Of a stretch of 64,000 bases of DNA, positions 27,593 through 40,790 are shown one piece after another. Source of the stretch: Eledone cirrhosa (Eukaryota). The position numbers and the translations under genes are program-made. The notes under the pieces were generated by a model. That model had not been told where the DNA came from. It was given only the letters and a program-made list of their open reading frames with translations, and did not search any database. The stretch is taken from positions 1,736,001-1,800,000 of the forward strand of contig OZ024757.1 in NCBI GenBank assembly GCA_964016885.1, written 5' to 3'. Numbering within the stretch: the stretch's first letter is position 1; each line of letters opens with the position of its first letter.

Positions 27593-28479
27593 TATAGAGT
27601 AATGTAAATGTTATGTGAGATATGTGTGGTAAAGCCTTTACTATGACAATATAATAGTATATATAGAGTAATGTAAATGTTATGTGAGGTAAAGCCTTTA
27701 CTGTGAAAATACAATAGTATATATAGAGTAATGTAAATGTTATGTGCGGTAAAGCATTTACTGTGAAAATACAATAGTATATATAGAGTAATGTAAATGC
27801 TATGTGAGGTAAAGTCTTTACCGTGAAAATACAATAGTATATATAGGGTAGTGTAAATGTTATGTGAGGTAAAGGCTTTACTGTGAAAATACAATAGTAT
27901 ATATAGAGTAATGTAAATGTAATGGGAGATATTACGTGAGGTAAAGCCTTTACTGTGAAAATATAATAGTATATATAGAGTAATGTAAATGTTATGTGAG
28001 GTAAAGTCTTTACTGTGATAATAGTATATATAGAGTAATGTAAATGTTATGTGAGATATTACGTGAGGTAAAGCCTTTACTGTGAAAATACAATAGTATA
28101 TATAGAGTAATGTAAATGTTATGAGATATTACGTGAGGTAAAGCCTTTACTGTGAAAATACAATAGTATATATAGAGTAATGTAAATGTTATGTGAGGTA
28201 AAGTCTTTACCGTGAAAATACAATAGTATATATAGGGTAGTGTAAATGTTATGTGAGGTAAAGGCTTTACTGTGAAAATACAATAGTATATATAGAGTAA
28301 TGTAAATGTAATGGGAGATATTACGTGAGGTAAAGCCTTTACTGTGAAAATATAATAGCATATATAGGGTAGTGTAAATGTTATGTGATTTAAAGCCTTT
28401 ACTGTGAAAATACAATAGTATATATAGATTAATGTAAATATGTGAGGTAAGGCCTCATGTAAATATTATGTGAGGTAAC

Positions 28480-30987
28480 GCCTACGACAGTAAAGAGGAA
28501 CAGATAGAGACATTTAACGTAGAAGAGAACTGGGAGTTCCTAAAAAATAATTTACTAGAGGCGACGGATGAGGTCTGTGGCTGGAGTAAGACCTCAAGCA
28601 GGGGGAGAGTGACTTGGTGGTGGAACAATAAGGTAGATGAAGCAGTTAAGGCCAAGAGACAGGCATGGAAAGAATGGAAGAACGGGGGGAGCAGGGTACA
28701 TTACATAGAGACCAAGAGGGAAGCTAGGCGACAAGTATACTTAGCTAGGAGGGAAGCAGAGGATAGAAAATACAAGCATGTTTTACAACGTGAGGACCAG
28801 AAACAGGAGGTATTCAAGATTGCGAGGCAGTGTGTCAGAGATAGTTGTGATGTCATTGGAGAGAAGTGTATCCGGAATGATAAAGGTGAGCTTGCCCTCA
28901 CAAGTGCTGAGAAGAAAGATGCATGGAAGAGTCATTATGATAGATTACTAAATGAGGAGAATGCATGGGAAGAAGAGACCCTACCCCAAGTAGACCCTAT
29001 AGAGGGACCAGCAGTACAAGTCAGCAGCAGCGTAGTAAGTAAGGCAATCAAAGATATGAAGATGGGGAAGGCAACCGGTCCATCGGGTATAGCTGCTGAG
29101 ATGCTGAAGGCATCTGGGTCTGTAGGTCACACTATAACCACACGTATCGTTAACCAGGTAATACTAGAAGGGGCCATACCAAAAGATTGGTGCAGTAGCA
29201 TCATTGTCAACTGCTACAAAGGCAAAGGCGATGCACTAGATAGAGGAAACTATAGAGGTATAAAGTTGATGGACCAGGTCATGAAAGTAACAGAAAGAGT
29301 TATAGCACAGCTGATTAGGGACCGGGTGAATATAGACGAGATGCAATTTGGGTTTGTACCAGGAAGAAGCACCACTGATGCCCTCTTCCTTGTGAGGCAA
29401 TTACAGGAAAAGTACCTAGCTAAAAGTAATCCACTCTACTTGGCATTTGTCGACCTTGAGAAAGCCTTTGACAGAGTTCCACGTGCTGTAATCTGGTGGG
29501 CTCTTAGAAAACTAGGAGTAGATGAATGGCTTGTGAAAGCGGTACAAGCCATGTATAGGGGAGCAGTCAGCAAAGTTAGGATTAGCAATGAGTATAGCGA
29601 GGAATTTAGCGTACAGGTTGGGGTCCACCAGGGCTCTGTTCTTAGCCCTCTCCTGTTCATCATAGTCCTGCAGGCAATAACGGAGGAGTTTAAGACCGGA
29701 TGCCCATGGGAACTCCTGTATGCTGATGACCTCGCACTCATAGCTGAATCTATGGTAGAACTAGAGAATAAATTCCAAACCTGGAAGCAGGGACTAGAGA
29801 GAAAGGGTCTCAAAGTCAACATGACCAAGACTAAGGTCCTTGTAAGTAGACGAGAAAACAGAACCCAGATCCCCTCGGGGAAATGGCCTTGCTCAGTATG
29901 TAGGAAAGGTGTAGGTAGGAACTCCATTCTCTGCCCCAAATGCAAACAATGGGTACACAAGAGATGTAGCGGGATCTCAGGAAGCTTAATTAAGAATGTA
30001 GGATTCACATGCAGCAGCTGTGCTGAGACAGCAAGCAGCAAACAGCCACAGGAAACAAGTACCACCAATCTCTGGGTGGGCCCTGTAGAAACAGTAGACA
30101 GCTTCTGCTACCTAGGTGACCGAATTAGCAACGGAGGTGGGTGTTCAGAAAGTACAATAACTAGGGTAAGAACGGGATGGAAGAAGTTTAGGGAACTACT
30201 ACCACTGCTAGCTGCAAAAGGCTTCTCCCTCAGAATGAAAGGCAGACTGTATGATGCGTGTATCCGAACAGCGATGTTGCATGGTAGTGAGACCTGGGCG
30301 CTGAAGGTGGAAGACTTACGTAGATTAGAGAGAAACGAAGCCTGCATGCTCCGATGGATGTGTAACAGTAATATACGTGAACGACAAAGCATAAATGAAT
30401 TGAGAGAGAGACTGAGCATAAGAGGAATCAAAAGCTGTGTGCAGGAGAGGCGGTCGCGCTGGTATGGACATGTGATGCGTATGAAGGATGACAGCTGCAT
30501 AAAAAGGTGCAGAGCACTAGAAGTTGATGGAAACCGCAGAGTGGGGAGACCCAAGATGACCTGGGATGAGGTGATAAAAGCCGACCTTACCCAATTACAC
30601 CTCTCAAAGGTGATGACACACGACCGTGACTTCTGGCGTCACGCAGTAATACAGAGTACCCGACCTCCCATGGGTACATGCTGAAGCATATAAACAATAT
30701 GCCCCCACACCCCCCACCGCAAGGTGGTCGTGGAGGTGCCACGGCAAAAAAGCACCCAGCCCACACTGTAAAGTGGACGTGTAGGCGCCACGAAAAAGCA
30801 CCCAGCACTCACTGTAAATGAGGTTGGTGTTAGGAAGGGCATCCAGCTGTAGAAATCAAGCCAGATCAGTTCCTGTATGAGCAAGGCATGGTCAGCCGAC
30901 CAGACACTGCACACAACAGGACAACCCGTCTAACCCATGCTAGCGTGGAAGAACGGACGTAAAACGGTGATGATGATGATGATGATG
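28480..30987 (+). mobile_element. RTE-clade LINE, 5'-truncated, intact RT ORF (28609-30684)
   Basis: RT motifs YKGKGD..NYRGIKL, AFVDLEKAFDRV, GVHQGSVLSP, LYADD. Internal C4HC3 finger. 3' UTR ending in (GAT)n. Confidence 0.95.
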
Positions 30988-32566
30988 AAGGCCTTTACTG
31001 TGAAAATACAATAGTATATATAGAGTAATGTAAATGTTATGTGAGGTAAATGCTTTACTATGACAATACAATAGTATATATAGAGTAATGTAAATGTTAT
31101 GTGAGATATTACTTGAGATAAAGCCTTTACTGTGAAAATACAATAGTATATATAGAGTAATATAAATGTTATGTGAGATATTATGTAAGGTAAAGCCTTT
31201 ACTATGACAATACAATAGTATATAGAGAGTAATGTAAATGTTATGTGAGATATTATGTGAGGTAAAGCCTTTACTGTGGAAATACAATAGTATATATAGA
31301 GTAATGTAAATATTATGTGTGATATTGTGTGAGGTAAATGCTTTGCTATGACAATACAATACTATATATAGAGTAATGTAAATGTTATGTGAGGTAAAGC
31401 CTTTACTGTGAAAATACAATAGTATATATAGAGTAATGTAAATGTTATGTGAGATATTATGTGAGGTAAAGCCTTTACTGTGAAAATACAATAGTATATA
31501 TAGTGTAATGTAAATGTTATGTGTGATATTGTGTGAGGTAAATGCTTTACTATGACAATACAATACTATATATAGAGTAATGTAAATGTTATGTGACGTA
31601 AAGCCTTTACTGTAAAAATACAATAGTATATATAGAGTAATGTAAATGTTATGTGAGATATTACGTGAGGTAAAGCCTTTACTGTGGAAATACAATAGTA
31701 TATATAGAGTAATGTAAATGTTATGTGAGGTAAAGCCTTTACTGTGAAAATACAATAGTATATATAGAGTAATGTAAATGTTATGTGAGGTAAAGCCTTT
31801 ACTGTGAAAATACAATAGTATATATAGAGTAATGTAAATGTTATGGGGTCTATTTACTGTATTATCCTGGTTAGATAAAGAGTTATTAGTATTCAATAGC
31901 CTACAATAATTATTAACTTCATTAGTCCGTCCATTATTATCTACAATATTTATTATCTGGGCTCAAATCCCAGGTCAGCTTTGCATCCTTACTGGGGTCA
32001 ATAGACCACTGCCAGAGCAAAAGATAATATTGCGAGGAGCACTTGAAAACCTCTAGCTTTGAATTATTCTTCGCCTTTATATGATTGTATTATCAATTCA
32101 TCTAAACATATATATATAATGAAATTAAGGTCTTTATTAATTGACTAGGAGATGGGGCTAGTATCAGGTCTATAGCATTTACATAAATCCCGAGCCATCC
32201 ATCTGTGAAACACTTGTAACTGTGAAACTACACTTTATTCACAATATATTCTCTCTGCCCTAGCATAGAGTGCTGACTTTGGTACCCTTCCTCGGTAAAC
32301 CCCAAATCTACTGAACCACCTATTATATATATATATCTTAGAAAAAAAACGAGATGTCCTACATGAGTGAATGTATAAGAAAAAAAGATGAAATCGAAAA
32401 TGCAACTGGAGTCTTTTTAAGAATATTTATTTGGCTCCTTTACTGGTTTCACAGTTCTTGTGCTTTTCAAAAGTAGAATTGAGATGGAGGGTTTGTGGTT
32501 TTTCTCACATCGATGCGAGAAAAACCACAAACCCTCCATCTCAATTCTACTTTTTTCCTTACATAT

Positions 32567-33210
32567 ATATCATCATCATCATCATCATCACCGTTTTACG
32601 TCCGTTCTTCCACGCTAGCATGGGTTAGACGGGTTGTCCTGTTGTGGGCAGTGTCTGGTCGGCTGACCATGCCTTGCTCATACAGGAACTGATCTGGCTT
32701 GATTTCTACAGCTGGATGCCCTTCCTAACACCAACCTCATTTACAGTGAGTGCTGGGTGCTTTTTCGAGGCGCCTACACGTCCACTTTACAGTGTGGGCT
32801 GGGTGCTTTTTTGCCGTGGCACCTCCACGACCACCTTGCGGTGGGGGGTGTGGGGGCATATTGTCTATATGCTTCAGCTTGTACCCATGGGAGGTCGGGT
32901 ACTCTGTATTACTGCGTGACGCCAGAGGTCACGGTCGTGTGTCATCGCCTTTGAGAGGTGTAATTGGGTAAGGTCGGCTTTTATCACCTCATCTCAGGTC
33001 ATCTTGGGTCTCTCCACTCCGCGGTTTCCATCGACTTCTAGTGCTCTGCACCTTTTTATGCAGCTGTCATCCTTCATACGCATCACATGTCCATACCAGC
33101 GCAACCGCCTCTCCTGCACACAGCATTTGATTCCTCTTATGCTCAGTCTCTCTCTCAATTTATTTATGCTTTGTCGTTCGCGTATATTACTGTTACACAT
33201 CCATCGGAGC
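32567..33210 (-). mobile_element. RTE LINE 3' fragment (same family as 28480-30987)
   Basis: Near-identical reverse complement of about 30348-30987. Confidence 0.95.
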
Positions 33211-33331
33211 ACCACCCCGGTACTATTCTGGTACTTCGTTTATCAATGGGATGAAAGACAAAGTTGAACTCAGAGACTGGAACAAATACCATGAAGCATC
33301 CGACGTTCAAATGATTCTGCTAATCCGCCTT

Positions 33332-34680
33332 ATCATTGTTTAACGTCCATCTTCCACGCTAGCATGAGTTAGACGGTTTTGTTCCATTTGATGTGGGAAT
33401 GGTCAGGAGACCGTGTCTCCCTATCACGGAAGTGTCTCTGTCAGGTTTTCTACAGCTGGATGCCCTTCCTAACACCAACCACATTTACTGTGTGGACTGG
33501 GAGCCTTTTTACTGTGTCTCCTACATGACCACTTTACATGTGGACTGGGAGCCTTTTTACTGTGTCTCCTACATGACCACTTTACAGTGTGGACTGGGAG
33601 CCTTTTCACCGTGTCTCCTACATGATCACTTTACAATGTGGACTGGGAGCCTTTTCACCGTGTCTCCTACATGACCACTTTACAGTGTGGACTGGGAGCC
33701 TTTTCACTGTGTCTCCTACATGACCACTTTACAGTGTGGACTGGGAGCCTTTTCACCGTGTCTCCTACATGACCACTTTACAATGTGGACTGGAAGCCTT
33801 TTCACCGTGTCTCCTACATGACCACTTTACAGTGTGGACTGGGAGCCTTTTCACCGTGTCTCCTACATGACCACTTTACAGTGTGGACTGGGAGCCTTTT
33901 CACCGTGTCTCCTACATGACCACTTTACAGTGTGGACTGGGAGCCTTTTCACCGTGTCTCCTACATGACCACTTTACAATGTGGACTGGAAGCCTTTTCA
34001 CCGTGTCTCCTACATGACCACTTTACAGTGTGGACTGGGAGCCTTTTCACCGTGTCTCCTACATGACCACTTTACAGTGTGGACTGGGAGCCTTTTCACC
34101 GTGTCTCCTACATGACCACTTTACATGTGGACTGGGAGCCTTTTCACTGTGTCTCTACATGACCACTTTACAATGTGGACTGGGAGCCTTTTCACCGTGT
34201 CTCCTACATGACCACTTTACATGTGGACTGGGAGCCTTTTCACCGTGTCTCCTACATGACCACTTTACAGTGTGGACTGGGAGCCTTTCACCGTGTCTCC
34301 TACATGACCACTTTACATGTGGACTGGGAGCCTTTTCACTGTGTCTCCTACATGACCACTTTACAGTGTGGACTGGGAGCCTTTTCACCGTGTCTCCTAC
34401 ATGACCACTTTACATGTGGACTGGGAGCCTTTTCACCGTGTCTCCTACATGACCACTTTACAGTGTGGACTGGGAGCCTTTCACCGTGTCTCCTACATGA
34501 CCACTTTACATGTGGACTGGGAGCCTTTTCACTGTGTCTCCTACATGACCACTTTACAGTGTGGACTGGGAGCCTTTTCACCGTGTCTCCTACATGACCA
34601 CTTTACAGTGTGGACTGTTGTGTCATCGACACAATGGATGGAACGGGGGGAGAATGTGGTGGGGTGTACATTGAGTTAAG
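33332..34680 (-). repeat. 49-bp minisatellite expanded inside an RTE 3' UTR
   Basis: RTE tail (33332-33490) runs into CTTTACAGTGTGGACTGGGAGCCTTTTCACCGTGTCTCCTACATGACCA about 23 times. Confidence 0.9.
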
Positions 34681-34881
34681 AGGTGCCTACTGACTGTAGG
34701 TTTGTATGTAATGGCAGTTGGGTCTTCTGTACAACTGCATGGCATCACAATCAACATGCTCACTAAATGGGGTTGCGCATATACAACGTACCAATCAGTA
34801 AATAATGATGCAATTCAATTGAAGCACTTAACGTCATGCTTTACTTTGCAAATATGATTTGTGAGTCAGTGCCGGAGTATA

Positions 34882-35189
34882 TGTAGAATAAGGAAAATGC
34901 GAACTTCGGTATAGATGTTAAAAAGTCCTTTATTAAGAAAACTGTGATACAGACAGCATCTTTACGTAATAAGGTTATATAAAGATGATATCTGATGATA
35001 TCGCATAGTTACATGATTCAACAATCATGTAACCACGGCCATCATTGAAATATATATCACAGCTTTGTGACTGGTTACATGATTGAACAATCACGTAACC
35101 ACAATGGTCATTGAAATATATATCACAGCTTTGTTAATAAAGAACTCTTTAACATCTACACCAAACTTGGCATTTTTCTTATTCCATAT
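34882..35189. repeat. Small element with imperfect ~70-bp inverted ends and an internal ~65-bp duplication
   Basis: 34882-34950 is approximately the reverse complement of 35120-35189. GTTACATGATT..AATCATGTAACC hairpin unit present twice. Confidence 0.6.
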
Positions 35190-35570
35190 CATCATCATCA
35201 TCATCACCGTTTTACGTCCGTTCTTCCACACTAGCATGGGTTAGACGGGTTGTCCTGTTGTGAGCAGTGTCCGGTCGGCTGACCATGCCTTGCTCATACA
35301 GGAACTGATTTGGCTTGATTTCTACAGCTGGATGCCCTTCCTAACGCCAACCTCATTTACAGTGAGTGCTGGGTGCTTTTTTGCCGTGGCACCTCCAAGA
35401 CCACTTTGCAGGGGAATGATAGGGACCTCATTTCTACATCTGAGTAAACTGGAGCAATGTGAAATAAAGTGTCTTGCTAAAGGAAACAACACATCACCTG
35501 GTCCAAGAATTGAACTCACAACCTTTCGATTGCAAGCCCAATGCTCTAACCATTAGGCCATGCGCCTTCG
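35188..35570 (-). mobile_element. tRNA-headed SINE carrying the RTE 3' tail
   Basis: Minus strand GGCGCATGGCCTAATGGTTAGAG (A box)...GAGTTCAATTC (B box), SINE core, then about 220 nt matching the RTE 3' UTR and (GAT)n. Second copy at 51518-51919. Confidence 0.85.
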
Positions 35571-36470
<900 letters not shown>

Positions 36471-36606
36471 ACGAAGGCACATGGCTTAATGGTTAGAGCA
36501 TTGGGCTTGCAATCGAAAGGTTGTCAGTTCAATTCTTGGACCAGGTGATGTGTTATATATATACATATACATATATACATATACATATATATATACATAT
36601 ATATAT

Positions 36607-37846
36607 ATGAATATAGACATAGAATATTCGAAAATATTCTGTATGTTTATAATAAACATTTTGAAGACCTAATCGCTATAGAATAGAATACGTCACGTAT
36701 TACAATTAGATTCTCGATAAAAGCAAGGGAAGTAATCTACGCGTTTCATTCTTATTAGAAATCTTCAGGACTACATATCCAGTGCTTTTATCGAGAATGA
36801 CACAGCTAGAGACTTATAGAATACTTAGCTGTGTACAGAAACTGGTTTGAAAGAGCGGTTGCCGGTCCGGCAGAAATTAGAAATTGGAATAAATGCTCTG
36901 AAATAGCGATATATATGTGAATATAGACATAGAATATTCGAAAATATTCTGTATGTTTATAATAAACATTTTGAAGACCTAATCGCTATAGAATAGAATA
37001 CGTCACGTATTACAATTAGATTCTCGATAAAAGCAAGGGAAGTAATCTACGCGTTTCATTCTTATTAGATTACTTCCCTTGCTTTTATCGAGAATCTAAT
37101 TGTAATACGTGACGTATTCTATTCTATAGCGATTAGGTCTTCAAAATGTTTATTATAAACATACAGAATATTTTCGAATATTCTATGTCTATATTCACAT
37201 ATATATCGCTATTTCAGAGCATTTATTCCAATTTCTAATTTCTGCCGGACCGGCAACCGCTCTTTCAAACCAGTTTCTGTACACAGCTAAGTATTCTATA
37301 AGTCTCTAGCTGTGTCATTCTCGATAAAAGCACTGGATATGTAGTCCTGAAGATTTCTAATAAGAATGAAACGCGTAGATTACTTCCCTTGCTTTTATCG
37401 AGAATCTAATTGTAATACGTGACGTATTCTATTCTATAGCGATTAGGTCTTCAAAATGTTTATTATAAACATACAGAATATTTTCGAATATTCTATGTCT
37501 ATATTCACATATATATCGCTATTTCAGAGCATTTATTCCAATTTCTAATTTCTGCCGGACCGGCAACCGCTCTTTCAAACCAGTTTCTGTACACAGCTAA
37601 GTATTCTATAAGTCTCTAGCTGTGTCATTCTCGATAAAAGCACTGGATATGTAGTCCTGAAGATTTCTAATAAGAATGAAACGCGTAGATTACTTCCCTT
37701 GCTTTTATCGAGAATCTAATTGTAATACGTGACGTATTCTATTCTATAGCGATTAGGTCTTCAAAATGTTTATTATAAACATACAGAATATTTTCGAATA
37801 TTCTATGTCTATATTCACATATATATCGCTATTTCAGAGCATTTAT

Positions 37847-37851
<5 letters not shown>
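36607..37851. mobile_element. Retrozyme-like / PLE pseudo-LTR array: 310-nt non-coding unit, ~1.5 copies (-) plus ~2.5 copies (+), one HHR per unit
   Basis: Identical units with period 310 (37341 to 37651). HHR GUAGUC-CUGAAGA-U UUCU AAUA AGAA U-GAAA-CGCG-UA|GAUUAC at 36732-36774 (-), 37341-37383 (+) and 37651-37693 (+). Flanked by (TA)n. Confidence 0.85.
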
Positions 37852-37943
<92 letters not shown>

Positions 37944-38348
37944 TCTTTAAGTCGTTTGGAAGCCTCGACAATGCAGATAGGTAAATCTCCGGGTAACAAG
38001 ATCCGGTGGTGGAGAGAGAGGTGTAAGTGGGTGTACGTTGAGATACGTGGTGTGTAAAGATGTGTAAATGTGTAGAGAAAGAAGGGAAGAGTATAAAGGA
38101 TAAAATAAAATAACAACACAAGAGAGAATTACCTTGGGAGAGATTTAATAGTCCCTATATATTTCGGATTCACATCCATCAACTGGGGTTTTTGTTCCGG
38201 GGTAAAGGTTGTCTGTCGGACAGGTGCGAAACGCGTCCTCGAGGACGCGTTTTGCACCTGTCCGACAGACAACCTTTACCCCGGAAAAGTGCTTCCAATC
38301 TACTGTAAAACTCATTCTTTGACATAATCATTGAATATTGTTTAACAA

Positions 38349-38379
<31 letters not shown>

Positions 38380-38449
38380 CTCTTTTACTCTTTTACCTGT
38401 TTCAGCCATCCGGCTGAGGCCATGCTGGGGCACCGATATATATATATGT

Positions 38450-40790
38450 GAATATGTGATGGGAGAGAGAAAATCCTCAACGCTCACATGATGATGTGGA
38501 CTGACATCCTAAAGCCAAGCAGACGCACTGTCAAAAACTTCCAGGCGTCTAACAATGGCATACCACCTTTGTATGGGCTCCGCAAAGACCATAAGACAGT
38601 CGACGACCCGACGACAGGACCACCAACAAGACCTGTATGCGGAGCAAATATAGCTAGCAACTACAGGATCTCCTACTTCCTCTCAATGGTTATATGCCCC
38701 ATAATCAAGATGTCCCCAGATGTATGTGACAGTACAGAAGACCCTCCTCAGCAGAATCAGTGAGTGCAACAAAAACAAAAACCTATCCAACTGCATAATA
38801 GGCAGTATGGATGTGGTATCACTGTACCCATCCATTAACATTGATTTTGCTGTGGAAAAATGTGTGGAGATGATCATTGAGAGTGAGGTGGAGTTCTGCG
38901 ACGTCGACACAGACGAACTGGGCCTCCTACTTAGACTTACCAACGACACTGACTACCTAGACAGCCATGACTTAGATGTTTCTGCCCCAGTAGACCCATA
39001 AGAGATAGACCCCCCACCATAACCTCAATGGCAAAAAAGACTCCCATGGGAAGGTGAATTGGGTGGACCAAAGCTATACGGACCCCCCAAAACAATGATC
39101 AGGTAAGAAAAATGGTCGCACATGCAATAGGGGCTAGTATCAAAACTACCCTAAAGGGCCACATATTCAAATTGAAAGAGAAGATCTACACCCAAAATGA
39201 GGGAGCAGCCATTGGCGTCAGCATAGCTGGTGACGTTGCCAACCTTTTTATGGTATGATGGGAAAGGAGACTCAAAGATCTCTTGATGAGAGCTCCATAG
39301 ACCTCATCATGTACTCTCGTTGCGTAGACGACATTAATATAGTAATAAGGCCATCCTCACAAGAGAGTACTAACAAGTATGATTTAGAATGTAGCACAAT
39401 GGAAAGATCCAGCAGATAGCTAACTCCATACACCAGAGTATAACTGTAACTATCGACTACCCTTCCAAACACCCTAACAGTAGACTACCTGTATTAAACA
39501 TGGAACTCTGGATTAACACTATAGACGAGAGAGCCCAAATTCTCCACCCACACTATGCTAAACCCATGGCCCCCAAATACCTGATACTAAAAAACTCAGC
39601 AATGTCCAGTAGTGCTAAATTTAATATTCTGATCGCAGATTTGGTACGAGTGATGAAGAATGCGTCCCGCATGTGCGACCCAACAGAAATGGAAAGACAC
39701 ATCCAACACTTCATCAACCGCATGCAGCTCTCTGGCTACAACCAAAGAGACAGAGTCAGAGTATACGAAGGAGCCACGGAGAAGTATAAGACCCTCATAG
39801 AACTGGACATGAAAGGAATTTGCCCATTATACGGGAGCAAATCATGGAATAGCTTAGATAGGACTAGACATAAGATAGGGAAAGCCACCTCATGGTACGA
39901 CAACCAGAGATACCAGAGTGTCATGTTTGTGGACGCTACCCCTGGAGGGAAATTAGCTAACCAGTATAGAAAGGCCCTGAGAAAGACCCACTTAAAGATT
40001 AAGGTGGTAGAAAAGCCAGGAACCACCATAAAATCCCTGATCAGCAAAACCTACCCTTTTAAGAAAACCCACCGTACTAATAGGAAATGTATCATATGCA
40101 AAGTAAACCCCCGGATAAACTGTATAACTAGAAACGTAGTCTATAGCATAAGATGTACAGAGGGTACTTGCAGAAACATGACAACAACATACATAGGCGA
40201 GACAGCTCGTAGCATAGGTGAAAGGATAAACCAACACTGGGGGGAACTAAAAGGATGAAAAAACGGTTCAGTACTATACGAACATACCAGACAACAACAC
40301 GACGGTAACATAGACAACATAGAAATTAGAATAATATCTAAACATAGAAATGACCCAGCAGATAGGCAAATCAGAGAGGCTAGCGAAATAGAACTTAGAA
40401 GGCCAAGGCTAAACAGAAAAAAGGAATGGAATAACAACAACACCCAAACAAACAATACTGACCTAAGAGAAGTATAAATAAATAAATAAATACATACACA
40501 AGCACAATAACAACAAACACATATAAACACACACTAGTAAACTAAGATAGAATACAATAACCAATACACAGTCACCCAAACATGAACACTATACACACAT
40601 GCAAACGCATGCGCAGAGAAGACAAAAAAAATAAATAAATAAATAAACAGACTAAATAAAGATGGCGTAGGCATACAATACAACAGGAGGAAACACTATA
40701 GCACCACTGACAATGTTGCAGATGTGCAACGAAAGAACTTTGTTAGACTATATAACATTCCATAAAGTATACAGCTAATATCTAATACTT
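38450..40790 (+). mobile_element. Penelope-like element (Neptune-like): RT plus GIY-YIG pseudogene
   Basis: PPLYGLRKDHK..TRPVCG, GSMDVVSLYPSI, QNEGAAIG, YSRCVDDI (frameshifted RT). Cys-rich linker and NVVYSIRC..C..YIGETARSIGERINQH endonuclease. HHR-like motif in the 3' end. Confidence 0.9.

Larger units (their letters stand above)
23775..31845. repeat. 60-bp minisatellite (72-bp variant), interrupted by a Helitron and an RTE
   Basis: TTTACTGTGAAAATACAATAGTATATATAGAGTAATGTAAATGTTATGTGAGGTAAAGCC blocks at 23775-23932, 27593-28480 and 30988-31845. Confidence 0.95.

Noticed and set aside
29436-30554. Antisense ORFs over RTE, PLE and Helitron genes
   Set aside because: Shadow frames of the transposon coding strand with no independent motifs.
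30940-31896. 318-aa His/Tyr-rich repeat protein (also 27580, 28119)
   Set aside because: Translation of the 60/72-bp satellite, which is disrupted by transposon insertions.
34985-35065. CTGATGA...GAAATATATATC as a hammerhead
   Set aside because: Helix I cannot form in register with a UH cleavage site.
36472-36545. tRNA gene
   Set aside because: A and B boxes are present but no complete cloverleaf, and the sequence matches the SINE head at 35495-35570.
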